From Octopus sinensis (taxonomy: Eukaryota), in contig NC_043005.1 of NCBI RefSeq assembly GCF_006345805.1, positions 104,284,001-104,348,000 of the forward strand: a stretch of 64,000 bases of DNA, written 5' to 3'. Numbering within the stretch: the first letter of the stretch is position 1; each line of letters begins with the position of its first letter. Both the position numbers and the translations under genes were made by a program. Shown piece by piece: positions 1-11,560 of the stretch. Below the pieces are notes generated by a model. The model worked only from the letters and a program-made list of their open reading frames with translations, made no database searches and had not been told where the DNA came from.

Positions 1-9
1 TCTCTCAGT

Positions 10-105
10 TGTGTACATGTTTCAGTCATTTAACTGCGACCACGTACCGCCTTGAAGGGCATTAGTCGAAGAAATCGAACCCAGTACTTATTCTTCTTAA
101 GCTTA
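10..105 (-). mobile_element. Degenerate 3' fragment of the CORE-type SINE
   Basis: tgtttcagtcatttaactgcgacc...cagtacttattct resembles the reverse-complement tail of the full SINE at 61896-62311. Confidence 0.5.
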
Positions 106-106
106 C

Positions 107-297
107 TGTATGTATGTATGTATGTATGTATGATGTATGTATGTATGTATGTATGTATGTATGTATGTATGTATTATGTATGTATGTATGTATGTATGTA
201 TGCATGCATGCATGCATGCATGTATGTATGTATGCATGCATGTATGTATGTATGTATGTATGTATGTATGTATGTATATATATATATATATATATAG
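107..297. repeat. (TATG)n/(TGCA)n/(TA)n compound microsatellite, representative of dozens of such tracts in the window
   Basis: Direct reading; it generates the MYVC/HTYI ORFs in the track. Confidence 0.95.
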
Positions 298-302
298 TTT
301 TA

Positions 303-410
303 TATGGCGTGGCTGTGTGGTAAGCTTGCTTCCTAAACACATAATTCAGGATTTATTTGTACTACGTAACACTTTCGGCGAATATCTTGTACTATAGCCT
401 CAGGCACTTA
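303..410 (+). mobile_element. Degenerate tRNA-derived SINE head fragment
   Basis: ggcgtggctgtgtggtaagcttgcttcc...ctatagcctcagg matches the head of the SINE at 61896. Confidence 0.55.
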
Positions 411-479
411 CATATTGATAATCTTTATATTTATAACTATGAATCTATATAAAAAGAAATGCAATATACTATAGTATTA

Positions 480-1050
480 ACCGATAAGACTTGTTAGTGT
501 TGACCTAAGGTGAATTTAAAGTCTTACAGCTGTTTCTGGGATATCTCTAGTGATAGGTTAACATGTCCGTACCGTCAGCAGAGACAAGGTGAGTATGTAT
601 GAAGGTTCCAAACAGGGAAATTTACAGTTTATAAGGAATAAAGTAAAAGAATAAAGAGTAAAAGCAGAAGAATACAGACAAGAGAATAAAGTTCACAGCT
701 CATCTTTTTCCAGAGGCTATTGAGGTTGGTCTGTACTTCCGGGGAAGTAGAGATCCTTAGGTATAATCCTGGGTAAATCCAGGCAGTATTTTGGCAGTAT
801 TTTGAATGATGCGTTCATGTTGAAGTAATGGATCAAGTGGTTAGCTAGTATGCAAATGGTCCACGAGGGTGTATAGAGTGAGAAAGACTGACATCAAGAT
901 AGACAGAAATGAGTTGTGAGTGAGTAGATAGAAGAGAGAAAAAGCGAGCAAAGAAAAGTGTGGGAAAGAATGAATGAGAGCGAAAGTAAATGAGAGGAAA
1001 TATTTAGTTCAGTGGTCATTAGGAATAGCCACAAATAGATGCCTAGCTTT
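480..1050 (-). mobile_element. Old PLE terminal-repeat remnant with degenerate hammerhead (522-584)
   Basis: Minus strand reads tct-CTGCTGA-cgg...tccca-GAAAC-agct-GTA-aga, the same family as 38204-38277. The core has A6C. Confidence 0.5.
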
Positions 1051-1269
1051 GGGGATATATATATATAGGATAAAACTACAATTAAATGGATAAAAGATAC
1101 GAATTAAAGAATTAAAAATTAAAACTTGAAACTTAAATTAATGAGAAGCAGGATGTGTATCTTGCATGCTATTCAGAGTGTTTCGGTAGGACCCAGGTTG
1201 GATTGCAGTCCATGCAATGTATATTTGTATACATGAGAGATGTTTGTTCTGTGGAATAAACATGATTCA

Positions 1270-1640
1270 CTTTTATGTTAATTCCATTGATTATTTACAG
1301 TTTTGGTGGTGGAGAAGAAAGAGTAGATTACTTCTAGAGTAATTCAGCAAGATATCTTTCTCGAGATGGAGCTCTCAAATTCATTTGTTTATTGCGGCAC
1401 CATTCACGAACTCAGAGAAAAAGGTATGCGCCAGCTGATAATGCATCCATCTGAGAAGGTACTCAAACGACCAATCTACTGTTCTATTTGACGACTGAAA
1501 ATCCTTTCTATCTATATTGTCTGACCTGATAAATAGTGCTGTCGTGCAACGAGCAATAAGAATCACTGTTCGACTATTTGACTTCTTTTGAATGCACATC
1601 GAAGAAATGTTATTTCATGACTTGTGCATTCACTTCGAAT
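1270..1640 (-). mobile_element. Possible highly decayed mariner transposase fragment
   Basis: Weak resemblance of minus-strand translations (LLLVARQH; EYLL..QLAHTFF) to the mariner HDNARPH and YSPDLAPSDYHLF regions. Confidence 0.25.
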
Positions 1641-1954
1641 AAAGGTAATTCTGCTAAAAGCAACGTAAGGCATGATAGGAGGTTTCTTGAACCTACCATT
1701 CACACACAACTACCAAAAAATATATGATGACTTTTCCCTAGTGCTAGAATCAGAAAGGCGATCTCTTTAGTTTGGCTCACAGATTTTAAAATTATTTTCT
1801 AAAACTAGACAATTTGAAACCTCGTATACTGGTATAATTTCTCACGCTGAACACGATTTATTTCCAAAATATTTGACAAAATTCCGTATTTTAGAAGTTA
1901 TTTCGTGTTAAAGTTGTCGTATTTGGGTAATTTTAACCAATCAACAACATGTAT

Positions 1955-2111
1955 TCAACTGAAGAAAGCTACTGCTCTATGCAATAGTAATCGAAGGGCA
2001 ACAATCGAAGAGAGACCCCTCGACTCTGGACTGGTTGTTTGCAATCGGAAGTCCAAGGTTCTTAGATGAGTTGTGTTCACTGCTGTTGTAGAAGCCACGT
2101 GTTTTAGAAAG
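1955..2111 (-). CDS. Candidate terminal coding exon of unidentified gene A (C|FLKHVASTTAVN...AVAFFS*)
   Basis: Acceptor atttttgcag; open in phase 2, matching the upstream exon; TGA at 1955-1957. Confidence 0.3.
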
Positions 2112-2431
2112 CTGCAAAAATTGTTACCAGTAAATAAACAAATAACTTATAATTCACCTTAGCTGCACCATATATTGTTAAAGCCTGTGTATGGTGTCAC
2201 GGCCCTATGTTTCCTCTTGTTTCTAATCAAGCTTATTTTTACATGTGGTCAGCTGCGTTCGTAAGATTTTCTTTTACAATTTCCCTATCTTATTTATATA
2301 TGAATCGCTCCTTGTTTTTACTAACCATTTTCTGACTTATCCTTTCATCCGCTATTGATAATGAACACTTTCTCTTTCACTTCTTTTTCACTGGTAACGA
2401 TCAGTTTGTCTCCGTTACTGTAAATACGTAC

Positions 2432-2506
2432 CACAGACGAAAGCTGGCTTGCCGCTCTAAAACGTGACAGTAATTTAACATTTTTAAATGACTCATAAGC
2501 TTGAGC
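2432..2506 (-). CDS. Candidate 75-nt exon of gene A (G|LKLMSHLKMLNYCHVLERQASFRL)
   Basis: Strong acceptor tttcccatattttcttcag, donor gtacgt, open in phase 2. Confidence 0.5.
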
Positions 2507-2781
2507 CTGAAGAAAATATGGGAAATCATTCCAGTGTAACTGTCGTTTCAAACAATAACCGAATTTCAATATTTTCATGACACACGTATATGTATATGTG
2601 TGCATGGGTACTTCTATATGTACCAATGCTGAAATATAAGAAACTTAGAGTACTGAGTGAGATGTTTTCAAAATCTAATAAATTATATAACAATCTTCCT
2701 GAAATTGAATATTCTCTACGTATACTTTATATTTCTATATGTATCTATATGTATGTGCGAAAGTGTGCTTATATATATGTA

Positions 2782-3021
2782 AACAATTGCAGCGTGGAAG
2801 GTGTTTAGAAGCCATTTAAGAAACACACAAAAACCGTTAGATTCACTTCAATATTTAAATTTAATTTGTCAAAATATTTTCGTCGCTTTGAGACCGCGAC
2901 CTGTTCAATGACAAAACTTCGAAGTTTCTTAAATGGTTTATAAACACCTTCCACGCTGCAATTGTTTTCGTTCCAGCACACGATCTCAGATCAAGTCACT
3001 CGCTATGCAAGTAAATCTCCG

Positions 3022-3023
<2 letters not shown>
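2782..3023. mobile_element. PLE terminal-repeat fold-back with HHR-like variant (2865-2915, minus)
   Basis: Inverted arms 2782-2824 and about 2923-2966. Minus strand reads tttgtca-TTGAACAG-gtcgc..gcgac-GAAA-atat-TT-tgacaaa. Right end joins (TA)n. Confidence 0.55.
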
Positions 3024-3099
<76 letters not shown>

Positions 3100-3104
<5 letters not shown>

Positions 3105-3810
3105 TATTATTTGAAGGAATATTAATCCTAACTTACAGGGAAAAAATTCACTTTAGAAATATTAAATCAAATTTCACAGAATATATATATATATAAATTA
3201 GAAAAAAACACCTTTGATCAATTCAAAATGAAGAATCAAATTTCACCATCTAGAAAATTACATATAATAGAATTATATATATATATGAGAAAAAGAAGAA
3301 AATGGAGAAATTGACAGTTTATTCAAAGATATTCAAATCAATATAATATGAAATTCTTATCTCTACAGCCGTTTCCGTATCCAATTAATTCAATTGGATA
3401 TTAAATTAGATTAAATTAAAAAAATTTTCATATTGACCCTATCAAGGATCGACCAACATATTAGAATGTAACTCCTTTCTGGAAAACTCTTCCCCTGCTG
3501 AAATACCGAATTAACCAATTTCAGCATGAACATTTTAAATTAATTTACTTTAATTTAATTTCTCTAATTGAATTAATTGGCTATGGAAACGACTGTAGGG
3601 ATAAGAATTACATATTATATTGATCTGAATATTTTTGAATAAACTGATGTATGCATGTCAATTTCGCCACTTTCTTATTTTTCTCATTCGTAAGTAATTT
3701 AAATACCCATATCCATCAATGAAAAACTAACGTATTTAGTTTTTCCCTGAACACTGGTAAAAACCGGAGAACTATGGTGCAAACATTCCTTACAAGTTTA
3801 TAAGTCCTTG
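3100..3810. mobile_element. PLE terminal repeat with inverted partial copy (arms about 3293-3432 and 3527-3688)
   Basis: Reverse-complement arms. The family recurs at 4290-4566, 5868-6295 and 60045-60240. Confidence 0.7.
3492..3600 (+). ncRNA. Type I hammerhead with very long stem II, core mutated (CUGCUGA)
   Basis: ccc-CTGCTGA-aatacc...ggctatg-GAAAC-gact-GTA-ggg. Confidence 0.55.
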
Positions 3811-4117
3811 GCATAATTATATATATGTATATATATAAAGTTAATCCAAACATGAAAACACAAAGAGAAAACACAACAACGCGAGGACGTGGAACAAATA
3901 TAGTATTACTGGACGCTCAGGAAGGAAAGGAAGAAGGAGGGTTTTACGTTTCGAGCGGAGCTCTTCGTCAGAAATATAGGAAAAGGAAAGATCCAGAGAA
4001 GAGAGGACGGAGGAAAAAAAATCGCCAACGGTACACACGCGGTCGTGTGTGTGTGTGTAAGTATGTATGTATGTATGTATATATGTATGTATGTATGCAT
4101 GTATGCATGTATGTATG

Positions 4118-4218
<101 letters not shown>

Positions 4219-4289
4219 AAGAGAGTGAGAGAGTGAGAGGGAGTGAGAGAGAGAGAGGGAGAGGGAGAGGGAGAGAGAAAGAGAGAGAT

Positions 4290-4563
4290 ATGAGAAAAAG
4301 AAGAAAATGAAGAAATTGATGTGCTGACATCATTTTATTTAAAGATATTCAAATCCATATAATGAAATACCAGTCCTACAGCTGTTTCCATATCCAATTA
4401 GTTCAATTACAGAAATTAAATTAATTTGATTTACATTTTCATACTGAAACTGGTTAATTGGATATTTCATCAGGGAAGAATTTACGAAAATTGAGTTGCA
4501 TTTCAACGTGTTGGTTGACCAACGACAGACTCAGACGTGTGCATTGTTTTAAAGAACTGTTAT

Positions 4564-4566
<3 letters not shown>
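4290..4566 (-). mobile_element. PLE terminal repeat, same family as 3100-3810
   Basis: Similar to the reverse complement of 5868-6135; flanked by (GA)n/(TA)n. Confidence 0.7.
4374..4476 (-). ncRNA. Type I hammerhead ribozyme, intact core, about 78-nt stem II insert
   Basis: ucc-CUGAUGA-a-auauccaauua...uaauuggauau-g-GAAAC-agcu-GUA-gga. Stem III ACAGCUGU is palindromic. Confidence 0.75.
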
Positions 4567-4613
<47 letters not shown>

Positions 4614-4820
4614 ATTCTCTAAAAGAGATATAGACAGTAACTGCTCGACAACATAAGGGACTAAAGCCATCTGAATATGACTAGGGACAGGGCAGGGTGG
4701 TGGGGGTGTTACTGTTGCATTTAGCCCCAGGCGAACATCGACGTCACCAGAAAGGCCCGACACCGTCACGGTGTCCTTTAACCTGCAAAGGGAGGTAATT
4801 CCCCGATGAAGCGGAAACCA

Positions 4821-4866
4821 CACACGGACCATGGTTTCAAGGTGTATTGCCTATCGTCGGCGTGTG
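4821..4866 (-). ncRNA. Type I hammerhead (mirror copy of 5164-5209)
   Basis: Exact reverse complement of 5164-5209. Confidence 0.65.
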
Positions 4867-5163
4867 GTAGGCTTCCGCTTCCTCGACGAACTCTCACTCT
4901 GCAGGATATTCATATATAGATTTTCAAGCAAAATACATTTGCTGATTTCGAAAATCTGTTCGAAAGCAATACCCTGCCCTGTCCCTAGCCATATTCAGAT
5001 GGCTTTAGTCCCTTATGTTGTCGAGCAGTTACTGTCTATATCTCTTTTAGAGAATTATTATTGCTTTCGAACAGATTTTCGAAATCAGCAAATGTATTTT
5101 GCTTGAAAATCTATATATGAATATCCTGCAGAGTGAGAGTTCGTCGAGGAAGCGGAAGCCTAC

Positions 5164-5209
5164 CACACGCCGACGATAGGCAATACACCTTGAAACCATG
5201 GTCCGTGTG
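5164..5209 (+). ncRNA. Type I hammerhead with U4C core variant (CCGACGA)
   Basis: cacacg-CCGACGA-taggc aatac acctt-GAAA-ccatgg-TC-cgtgtg. Stem I extends through aagcggaa/ttccgctt; stem III ACCAUGGU is palindromic; predicted cleavage after 5203. Confidence 0.65.
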
Positions 5210-5378
5210 TGGTTTCCGCTTCATCGGGGAATTACCTCCCTTTGCAGGTTAAAGGACACCGTGACGGTGTCGGGCCTTTCTGGTGACGTCGATGTTCGCC
5301 TGGGGCTAAATGCAACAGTAACACCCCCACCACCCTGCCCTGTCCCTAGCCATATTCAGATGGCTTTAGTCCCTTATG

Positions 5379-5444
<66 letters not shown>

Positions 5445-5504
5445 GAACAAATACGTTTGATATATTTGTGCACGTGCATATGTGATACATGGTGATTTTT
5501 ATTG

Positions 5505-5855
5505 GTGGTGGTGTGATAGTTAGGGAGAAATAGATGTTGGCATCTTGGGAAAATGTCTTCTGCTATAGCCCCGGGCCGACCAATGCCTTGTGAGTGGATT
5601 TGGTAGACGGAAACTGAAAGAAGCCTGTCGTATATATGTATGTGTGTGTGTTTGTGTGTTTGTGTTTGTCCCCCTAGCATTGTTTGACAACCGATGCTGG
5701 TGTGTTTACGTCCCCGTCACTTAGCGGTTCGGCAGAAAGAGACCGATAGAATAAGTACTAGGCTTACAAAGAATAAGTCCCGGGGTCGATTTGCTCGACT
5801 AAAGGCGGTGCTCCAGCATGGCCGCAGTCATATGACTGAAACAAGTAAAAGAGAA
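5505..5855 (+). mobile_element. CORE-type tRNA-derived SINE, 5' degenerate
   Basis: ggcatcttgggaaaatgtcttctgctatagcccc...gactgaaacaagtaaaagag matches 61896-62311. Confidence 0.85.
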
Positions 5856-5867
5856 AAGAAAGAGAAA

Positions 5868-6293
5868 GATATAACGGTTCTTTAAAACAACGCACACATC
5901 TGAATCCGTCGCAGGTTAGCCAACACGTTGAAACGTAACTCTCTTTTGGTAAATCCTTCCCTGATAAAATACCCAATTAATCAGTTTCGGCATGAACATT
6001 TAGATTAATTTCTGTAATGGGTCTAATCGGATATGGAAACAACTGCAGGGCTGGAATTTCATTATATGGATTTGAATATCTTTAAATAAAGTGATGTCTT
6101 CATGTCAATTCTTCAGTTTCTTCTTTTTCTTATTCATAAACATCTTAAGTACCTATATATCAATGCAAAACTAATATATTTAGTTTCACTGAACTCTGGT
6201 ATAAATCGGAGAACAAGGATACTAGCATCCCTAAAAGGATTATAGGTCCTTGGTACATAAAGAATCTTGAAAACCAAATCCCAAAGCGAAATA

Positions 6294-6295
<2 letters not shown>
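5868..6295 (+). mobile_element. PLE terminal repeat with degenerate long-stem hammerhead (5958-6050)
   Basis: tcc-CTGATAA-aatacc...ggatatg-GAAAC-aact-GCA-ggg; homologous to 3440-3810. Confidence 0.7.
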
Positions 6296-6335
<40 letters not shown>

Positions 6336-6629
6336 ATACATACACATATACATATATACATATATACATAATACATGTATACATACATACACACACAGTT
6401 GCATAGTACGATTTAAATTTAAATAAATAAATTTAAATACATAGCAACTATTAGATCTCTTTCATCTTTATATATCGATGAGGATTATTACGAGAACTCG
6501 TGTTTTTACAAACCCAAATTTCTTTCACTGTTCTCCTTAGTAAGAAAAGTCACAGAGTCTATATATAGAAGAAACAAAATTGGAAATTGGTTCATGAATT
6601 ATTGAATTATATCATCATACAGGTATTTC

Positions 6630-6808
6630 ATTAGTAATGGTTTCAATTTTGGCAGATGGTCAGTAATTTCGAGGGAGGGGTAAGTCGATTACATCAATCC
6701 AGGTGTCAACTGGTACTTATTTTATCGACCCCGAAATGATGAAGGCAAAGTCGACGTCGGCGGAATTTGAACTCAGAACGTAAATACAGACGAAATGCCG
6801 CTAAGATC
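6630..6808 (-). mobile_element. tRNA-derived SINE with Meta-like central domain
   Basis: ggtacttattttatcgaccccgaaatgatgaaggcaaagtcgacgtcggcggaatttgaactc. The family also occurs at 7108, 9293, 27090 and 35190. Confidence 0.75.
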
Positions 6809-7107
6809 TTCGACTTTGTGGTATTTCATTTACAATAATATCCTTTATATAAGGAAAAGCTTATAAACGCATTTCATTATCAAATCTTTAGAAATTGGAT
6901 AGCGCATCATACAATGGTTTGGTATTAAAAAACGTTAGTTGTGCTTCTTGATACCATAACACTAGTTATTTTTGAAGACACCATAACACTTTCTGATGTC
7001 ATTATAGTTTTTAAAGATCATTTACGATTATTAAGCAATCTCTGGTAATTTGTTAATAAAATCTGTTTACAATCCTTTCCCTATGACGATATTGCTGTCA
7101 ATGAAAC

Positions 7108-7300
7108 ACATAAGGCAGCGAGCTGGCAGAATTGTTAGGGCGTCGGGCAAATACTTTTATGTTGTAAGTTCCAATTCACCGAGGTCGAATTAGCCTTTCA
7201 TTCTTTCAGGAATGATAAAATAAGTTCCTGCTGAGCACTGGGTTGAGGTCCTTGACTAAATCCCCCTTTTTAAAAATTGCTGGCCTTGTGCCAAAATTAG
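7108..7300 (+). mobile_element. Diverged Meta-like SINE
   Basis: aaggcagcgagctggcagaattgttagggcgtcggg head followed by gaggtcgaattagcctttcattct. Confidence 0.65.
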
Positions 7301-7828
7301 AAGCCATTATAAATGAAATACAGGTAAGGTAACAATTTATGAACCGATTTGCTAGTATTCTTTTACTCACATACACATTTGATTTTTGTTTCAACGAGAT
7401 CAAACTTTTTATTATTTTAGCTGTATTTATACTTAACAGTTTTATAATAGCTTAATTTATGTTAGTAACTTTATTACAGTTTTGTACGGTATCAGATGGA
7501 TAAGTTGGATTATATATATTTTGATACCACTAAATTCTTTTCATATTACTTTCTTACATTTTCAACTCCTTTACTTTTCTTTATATATCGATTCACATTG
7601 TTTATGTTTCAAACGAAAAGCTGCTGCCAAACTCAAATAAAGGAATAAGCTCTTGATGAAGAATATAGAGATAGACAAGTTCCCGCTAAGCGAGATCAAA
7701 ATGAATCACATTTCAATATATATATCGTTAAAGAAGTATTTTGCAAGTAACAATACACATTGAAGTTGGTAAAAATTTATATATTAGACATAGATGTGTG
7801 TATCTGAGACAAAGAAACGAAATCATAC

Positions 7829-7875
7829 CCATGTCTACTATTTAGATCATTGTGAATCCATGACTTTCTACACAG
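7829..7875 (-). CDS. Candidate 47-nt exon of gene A (LCRKSWIHNDLNSRH|G)
   Basis: Acceptor gatctttttcag, donor gtatga. Only phase 0 is open and it ends in phase 2, matching exon 2432-2506. Confidence 0.5.
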
Positions 7876-9292
7876 CTGAAAAAGATCACATATGCAATAA
7901 TATACTCAACGGAAAAATGTATTCAGTATTGATTTACTTAATATTTTATAATCGCATATCTTAATAAGAAAAGCTTAATCAAGAACCACTGCTTTATATG
8001 TCTATACGGATATATATATATATGTGTGTGTGTGTGTATGTGTGTGTGTGTGTGTGTTTGTGTGTGTTGTTGTTGTTGTTGTGTGTGTGTGTGTTTGTAC
8101 ATACACACATATCCTTGTGTGTTTATGTGCATGTAAGTGTTTGCATGCATGTATAAGCATGTACAGCTATGTACAAACACACACACATACTCAGATAAAT
8201 ATAGATATATACATACATACATATATTCATACATACATATATAATACATATGTATATGCAAATATATATATATGTGTGTGTGTATGTGTGTGTAATCATA
8301 TATACATATATACATATCGATGTTAATTTCTAAATGCATATTTTTGTCATTGTTAATCATTACAAAAGATTGGGAACCGAGAAATTGAGTGAGAGAATAT
8401 CACTATTGTAGCTATTGTTCTCTGTATTGTTGCTGATGTTGTTGCTGCAGTTATTACTGTTGTTGCTGACTGCTGCTGCTTTACAATCTATTGTTATTAT
8501 GCAATAGAAAATTACCTCTAAGTTTTCCATGGATCCAAACCTTCAGACACTCAATTTCTTTATGTGTGTCTACAAGCACACTCACATGCGCAGACACATT
8601 CTCTCAATGAACATTTTACTCCTTCAGCTCGATACTCTCATCTTCACCATAATCATTTTCTTATCTCTGCCTATCAGTTTCGTTTTTCCTTTTTCTCATT
8701 CTATTTTTCCCGAACTGACTGTCTCCCAGACATTTGAAAGCTTGCAGATATTATCATTCTTTTCTTTCTTATTCCTGTCTTCTCAGTTTGACTACTTCTC
8801 CGTCATCTATTCTCTGATATATTTTGAACTTTACATATCTTCTTTGCTTCCTTTTCTCTTATTCATATATTATTCTTTTTTTCCTCTACTGTTTTCACAT
8901 TTTGCACTCTTCTCAATTTGTTTCTCTTAACTATTTCACTTAAAATATGCCCGGTTACTTATGCATATGCACAGTCATATGAAAACGCACTTAAACACAC
9001 ACTACAAGTACACTCACTCAAACACATGAACACACGGACATGCACATTAATTTATTTGAAATAACAAAACCAGTTACGGGAATCGAAACAGCCATCATGT
9101 TTTTTCTTAACGAGTAAGCGTACTTACACATAACCATGTACACGCGCGCGCGCAGATATAAACATATGTATATATATGTATGTATGTATGTACGTACGTG
9201 TGTCGATATACATACATAGACATGGACATACATACCCAAAAACACACACACCTAGTCAGAATTTAGAACAAAGTGGTGATTATTGAGATGAC

Positions 9293-9440
9293 GAGGTCGA
9301 CTTTGCCTTTCATACTTTCGGGGTCGATAAATTAAGTACCAGTTACGCACTGGGGTCGATATAATCGACTTAATACCTATGTCTGTCCTTGTTTGTCCCC
9401 TCTGTGTTTAGCCCCTTGTGGGTAATAAAGAAATAGGTAT
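9293..9440 (+). mobile_element. 5'-truncated Meta-like SINE
   Basis: gaggtcgactttgcctttcatactttcggggtcgataaattaagtaccag...gtttagccccttgtggg tail. Confidence 0.8.
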
Positions 9441-9816
9441 CACAGGGAGGTAATACGATTTGGCATAAGAAAAAAAACAACAAAGTTATAAGAGGATTTT
9501 AGAATCCTATATGACAATGTTAGTAGTGTATGGTACTGCCCGAGCAGCTGGGTTTGTGGTTACATGCACTTTGTCCTATCTGGCTGGAATCAGACTAAGG
9601 AGGACAGCTAAGCAGTGATTCTTGAGCTGGAAAGAGGAGTAGAAAATTCTTTCTCACGGATATAGTAAAGTTATCTTAGAAAAATATCAGAGCTGATATC
9701 AAAGCAAAACCATTAGCGACTAGAGCTGCGTGGAAGGATGCAGCGTCAATGCTGATTTGCACAGCCATGAGGCGCAATACTCTCAGGTGCCGAAATCGTT
9801 ATGATCTCCAATTGAC

Positions 9817-9837
9817 AGCAGCAGTAGCAGCAGCAGC

Positions 9838-9887
<50 letters not shown>
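9817..9887. repeat. (CAG)/(TAG)n trinucleotide tract
   Basis: Direct reading. Confidence 0.95.
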
Positions 9888-9888
<1 letters not shown>

Positions 9889-9999
9889 TCACCCTTAGAT
9901 AAGGTGTAGTACCTGTAATCCCATCCCGAGAACATGAAGTTGGCGTCCAGCAGTGTTAAGCCTCTCTCATAGGGGAGGGTGGAGCCTCGTTAGTCTTGG

Positions 10000-11560
10000 T
10001 CGGCAACCCCTTTAGAGATGGTGTCTCAATAAGAATCATCACTCAATGATTGTGTCACTTCATCACCATAACACTTACTAATCTATTGAACAACGGCGTA
10101 ATTAAGGTTCGAATAGATAACAGTGGTCTCTCACTCGGCAGATATCTTACTGCACAACAGAGTAGGTCCAGTTCTCAATTAGCTACTACAGTAGAAAAGA
10201 AAGGGAAAGAGATCAATTGAAGTAGACTGAATGCAACTGTGACGGAATGTTACATCTGAAGTGAACCTAGAAGATATATAGTTGGAAAAGGGAACGTTTG
10301 ATGAAACCCAGCAGAGATTAAGTGCTCAAGTGAGAGAGATTAAAAAGAAAGGGTGGTTAACAAATGGAAAAATGAAAAAAAAAAAAATCAAATTGCGCGA
10401 TCTACTAAACGGATAATAGCATCGTGGGCTGAGAGCAGAGATAAAGAAACTCAGATACCACATTTCGGGAAGCCGCTAATTGTACACGAAAAACCAAAAC
10501 ATCACTTTTCCGATGAAGAGATAGTCATTGCTGGTAGACTGCATGATATTAATCAGCCAGAAGAATGAGAAAGATACTATCAATTAAAAAAGATAAAAAG
10601 GAGCAAAATAATTTAAATCTTGGAAATATCGGTAGCAATGATATCATCATAACCAATGACTTAATGTAAGCTGCAGCACTGATAATAGTGGAAAGACCTG
10701 AGTGAAGATATGAAAACCCCAAAAGACAGAAAGAGAACCGTGGTGGAAAAGGTGATAGCAGTGACAGGTATACCAGTTACGAAATGACCTTGCGATGGGG
10801 TAAAATCCAAAGAAGGTACTGGCTTAAGCAAAAAGGGTATAGAAGAGTAATGGAAGATCTAAAACAAAAGATAAAGGCGAACAATTTAGACAAATAAATT
10901 GTTCGAAACAGATCAAAGTAAATTATAGAAGGAACGACATGGAGATGTAACGGAGAAAGTACCACCTAATAAGGTAGAAAAAAAGACATCTGGCGAGACA
11001 TTTGGAGCCAAGAAGGGAAACACAATGGCGATGCAGAATGGTTTAAAACAAAGGCATCTAACGCAAGTTTGACGAAATAAAGAAACATTGATATAGGAGA
11101 AAAGTAGAAAATATTTTGAAAGGGATACCAAACTCGAAATTTCTTGCTTCATAATAGAATCAGTACACTCCTTAATAGATGACGGAAAGCAGAAGGGTGT
11201 TGATAGAGAAAGAACAGAAGAAAAGAAATATAGCATGTAACTACCAATCAATGATTTGTCTTTCTTTGAATTGTAAGTTATTGACAGGCGTTTTGCATAG
11301 GACGCGTATAATAATCTTGAGAAGAGAGGTGTTCTCAGAAAACGGCTTATTATTTGTAGATCAACAAGTCCTTCAAGAAATTACAAGTACAAAAAGAAAC
11401 TTAGCAACTGCATGGATTGACTACCAAAGAAATATAGTAGTGTGCCATGCTCATGGATCCAGAGAATATTGTTTGGATTCAGAGAATATTGTTTGGTTCT
11501 TACAAAACAGTATGCCAAAATAAAAAAAAGTGAACTAACATCAAGTCAAGGTACTATTTG
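10000..11560 (+). mobile_element. Decayed R4/Dong-like non-LTR retrotransposon RT remnant
   Basis: NYQSMICLSLNCKLLTG...LLFVDQQVLQE...NLATAWIDYQR resembles the R4-clade NYRPITCL..KLLTG and DQLLIDK..NL.MAWIDY.K motifs. Many stops; start boundary approximate. Confidence 0.6.

Larger units (their letters stand above)
4611..5380. mobile_element. Retrozyme-like element E2: 361-nt unit in head-to-head arrangement (A B | A' B' A'partial) inside (TA)n
   Basis: A=4611-4697, B=4698-4971, A'=4972-5058, B'=5059-5332, partial A'=5333-5380. One mismatch noticed between arms. No coding similarity recognised; one HHR per unit. Confidence 0.8.

Noticed and set aside
52-397. ORFs made of MYVC, HTYI, IYIY, ERER or CVCV repeats throughout the track
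   Set aside because: They are translations of (TATG)n, (TA)n, (GA)n and (TG)n microsatellites with no coding signal.
5118-5142. GCAGAGUGAGAGUU resembling a twister 3' segment
   Set aside because: The upstream UAA-P2 and GGU..AAGC elements are absent, and it is not conserved in U.
9400-9420. tttagcccc in the Meta-like SINE tail matching the retrozyme motif
   Set aside because: Only 9 nt, in opposite polarity relative to the element sense, and without the surrounding hairpins.
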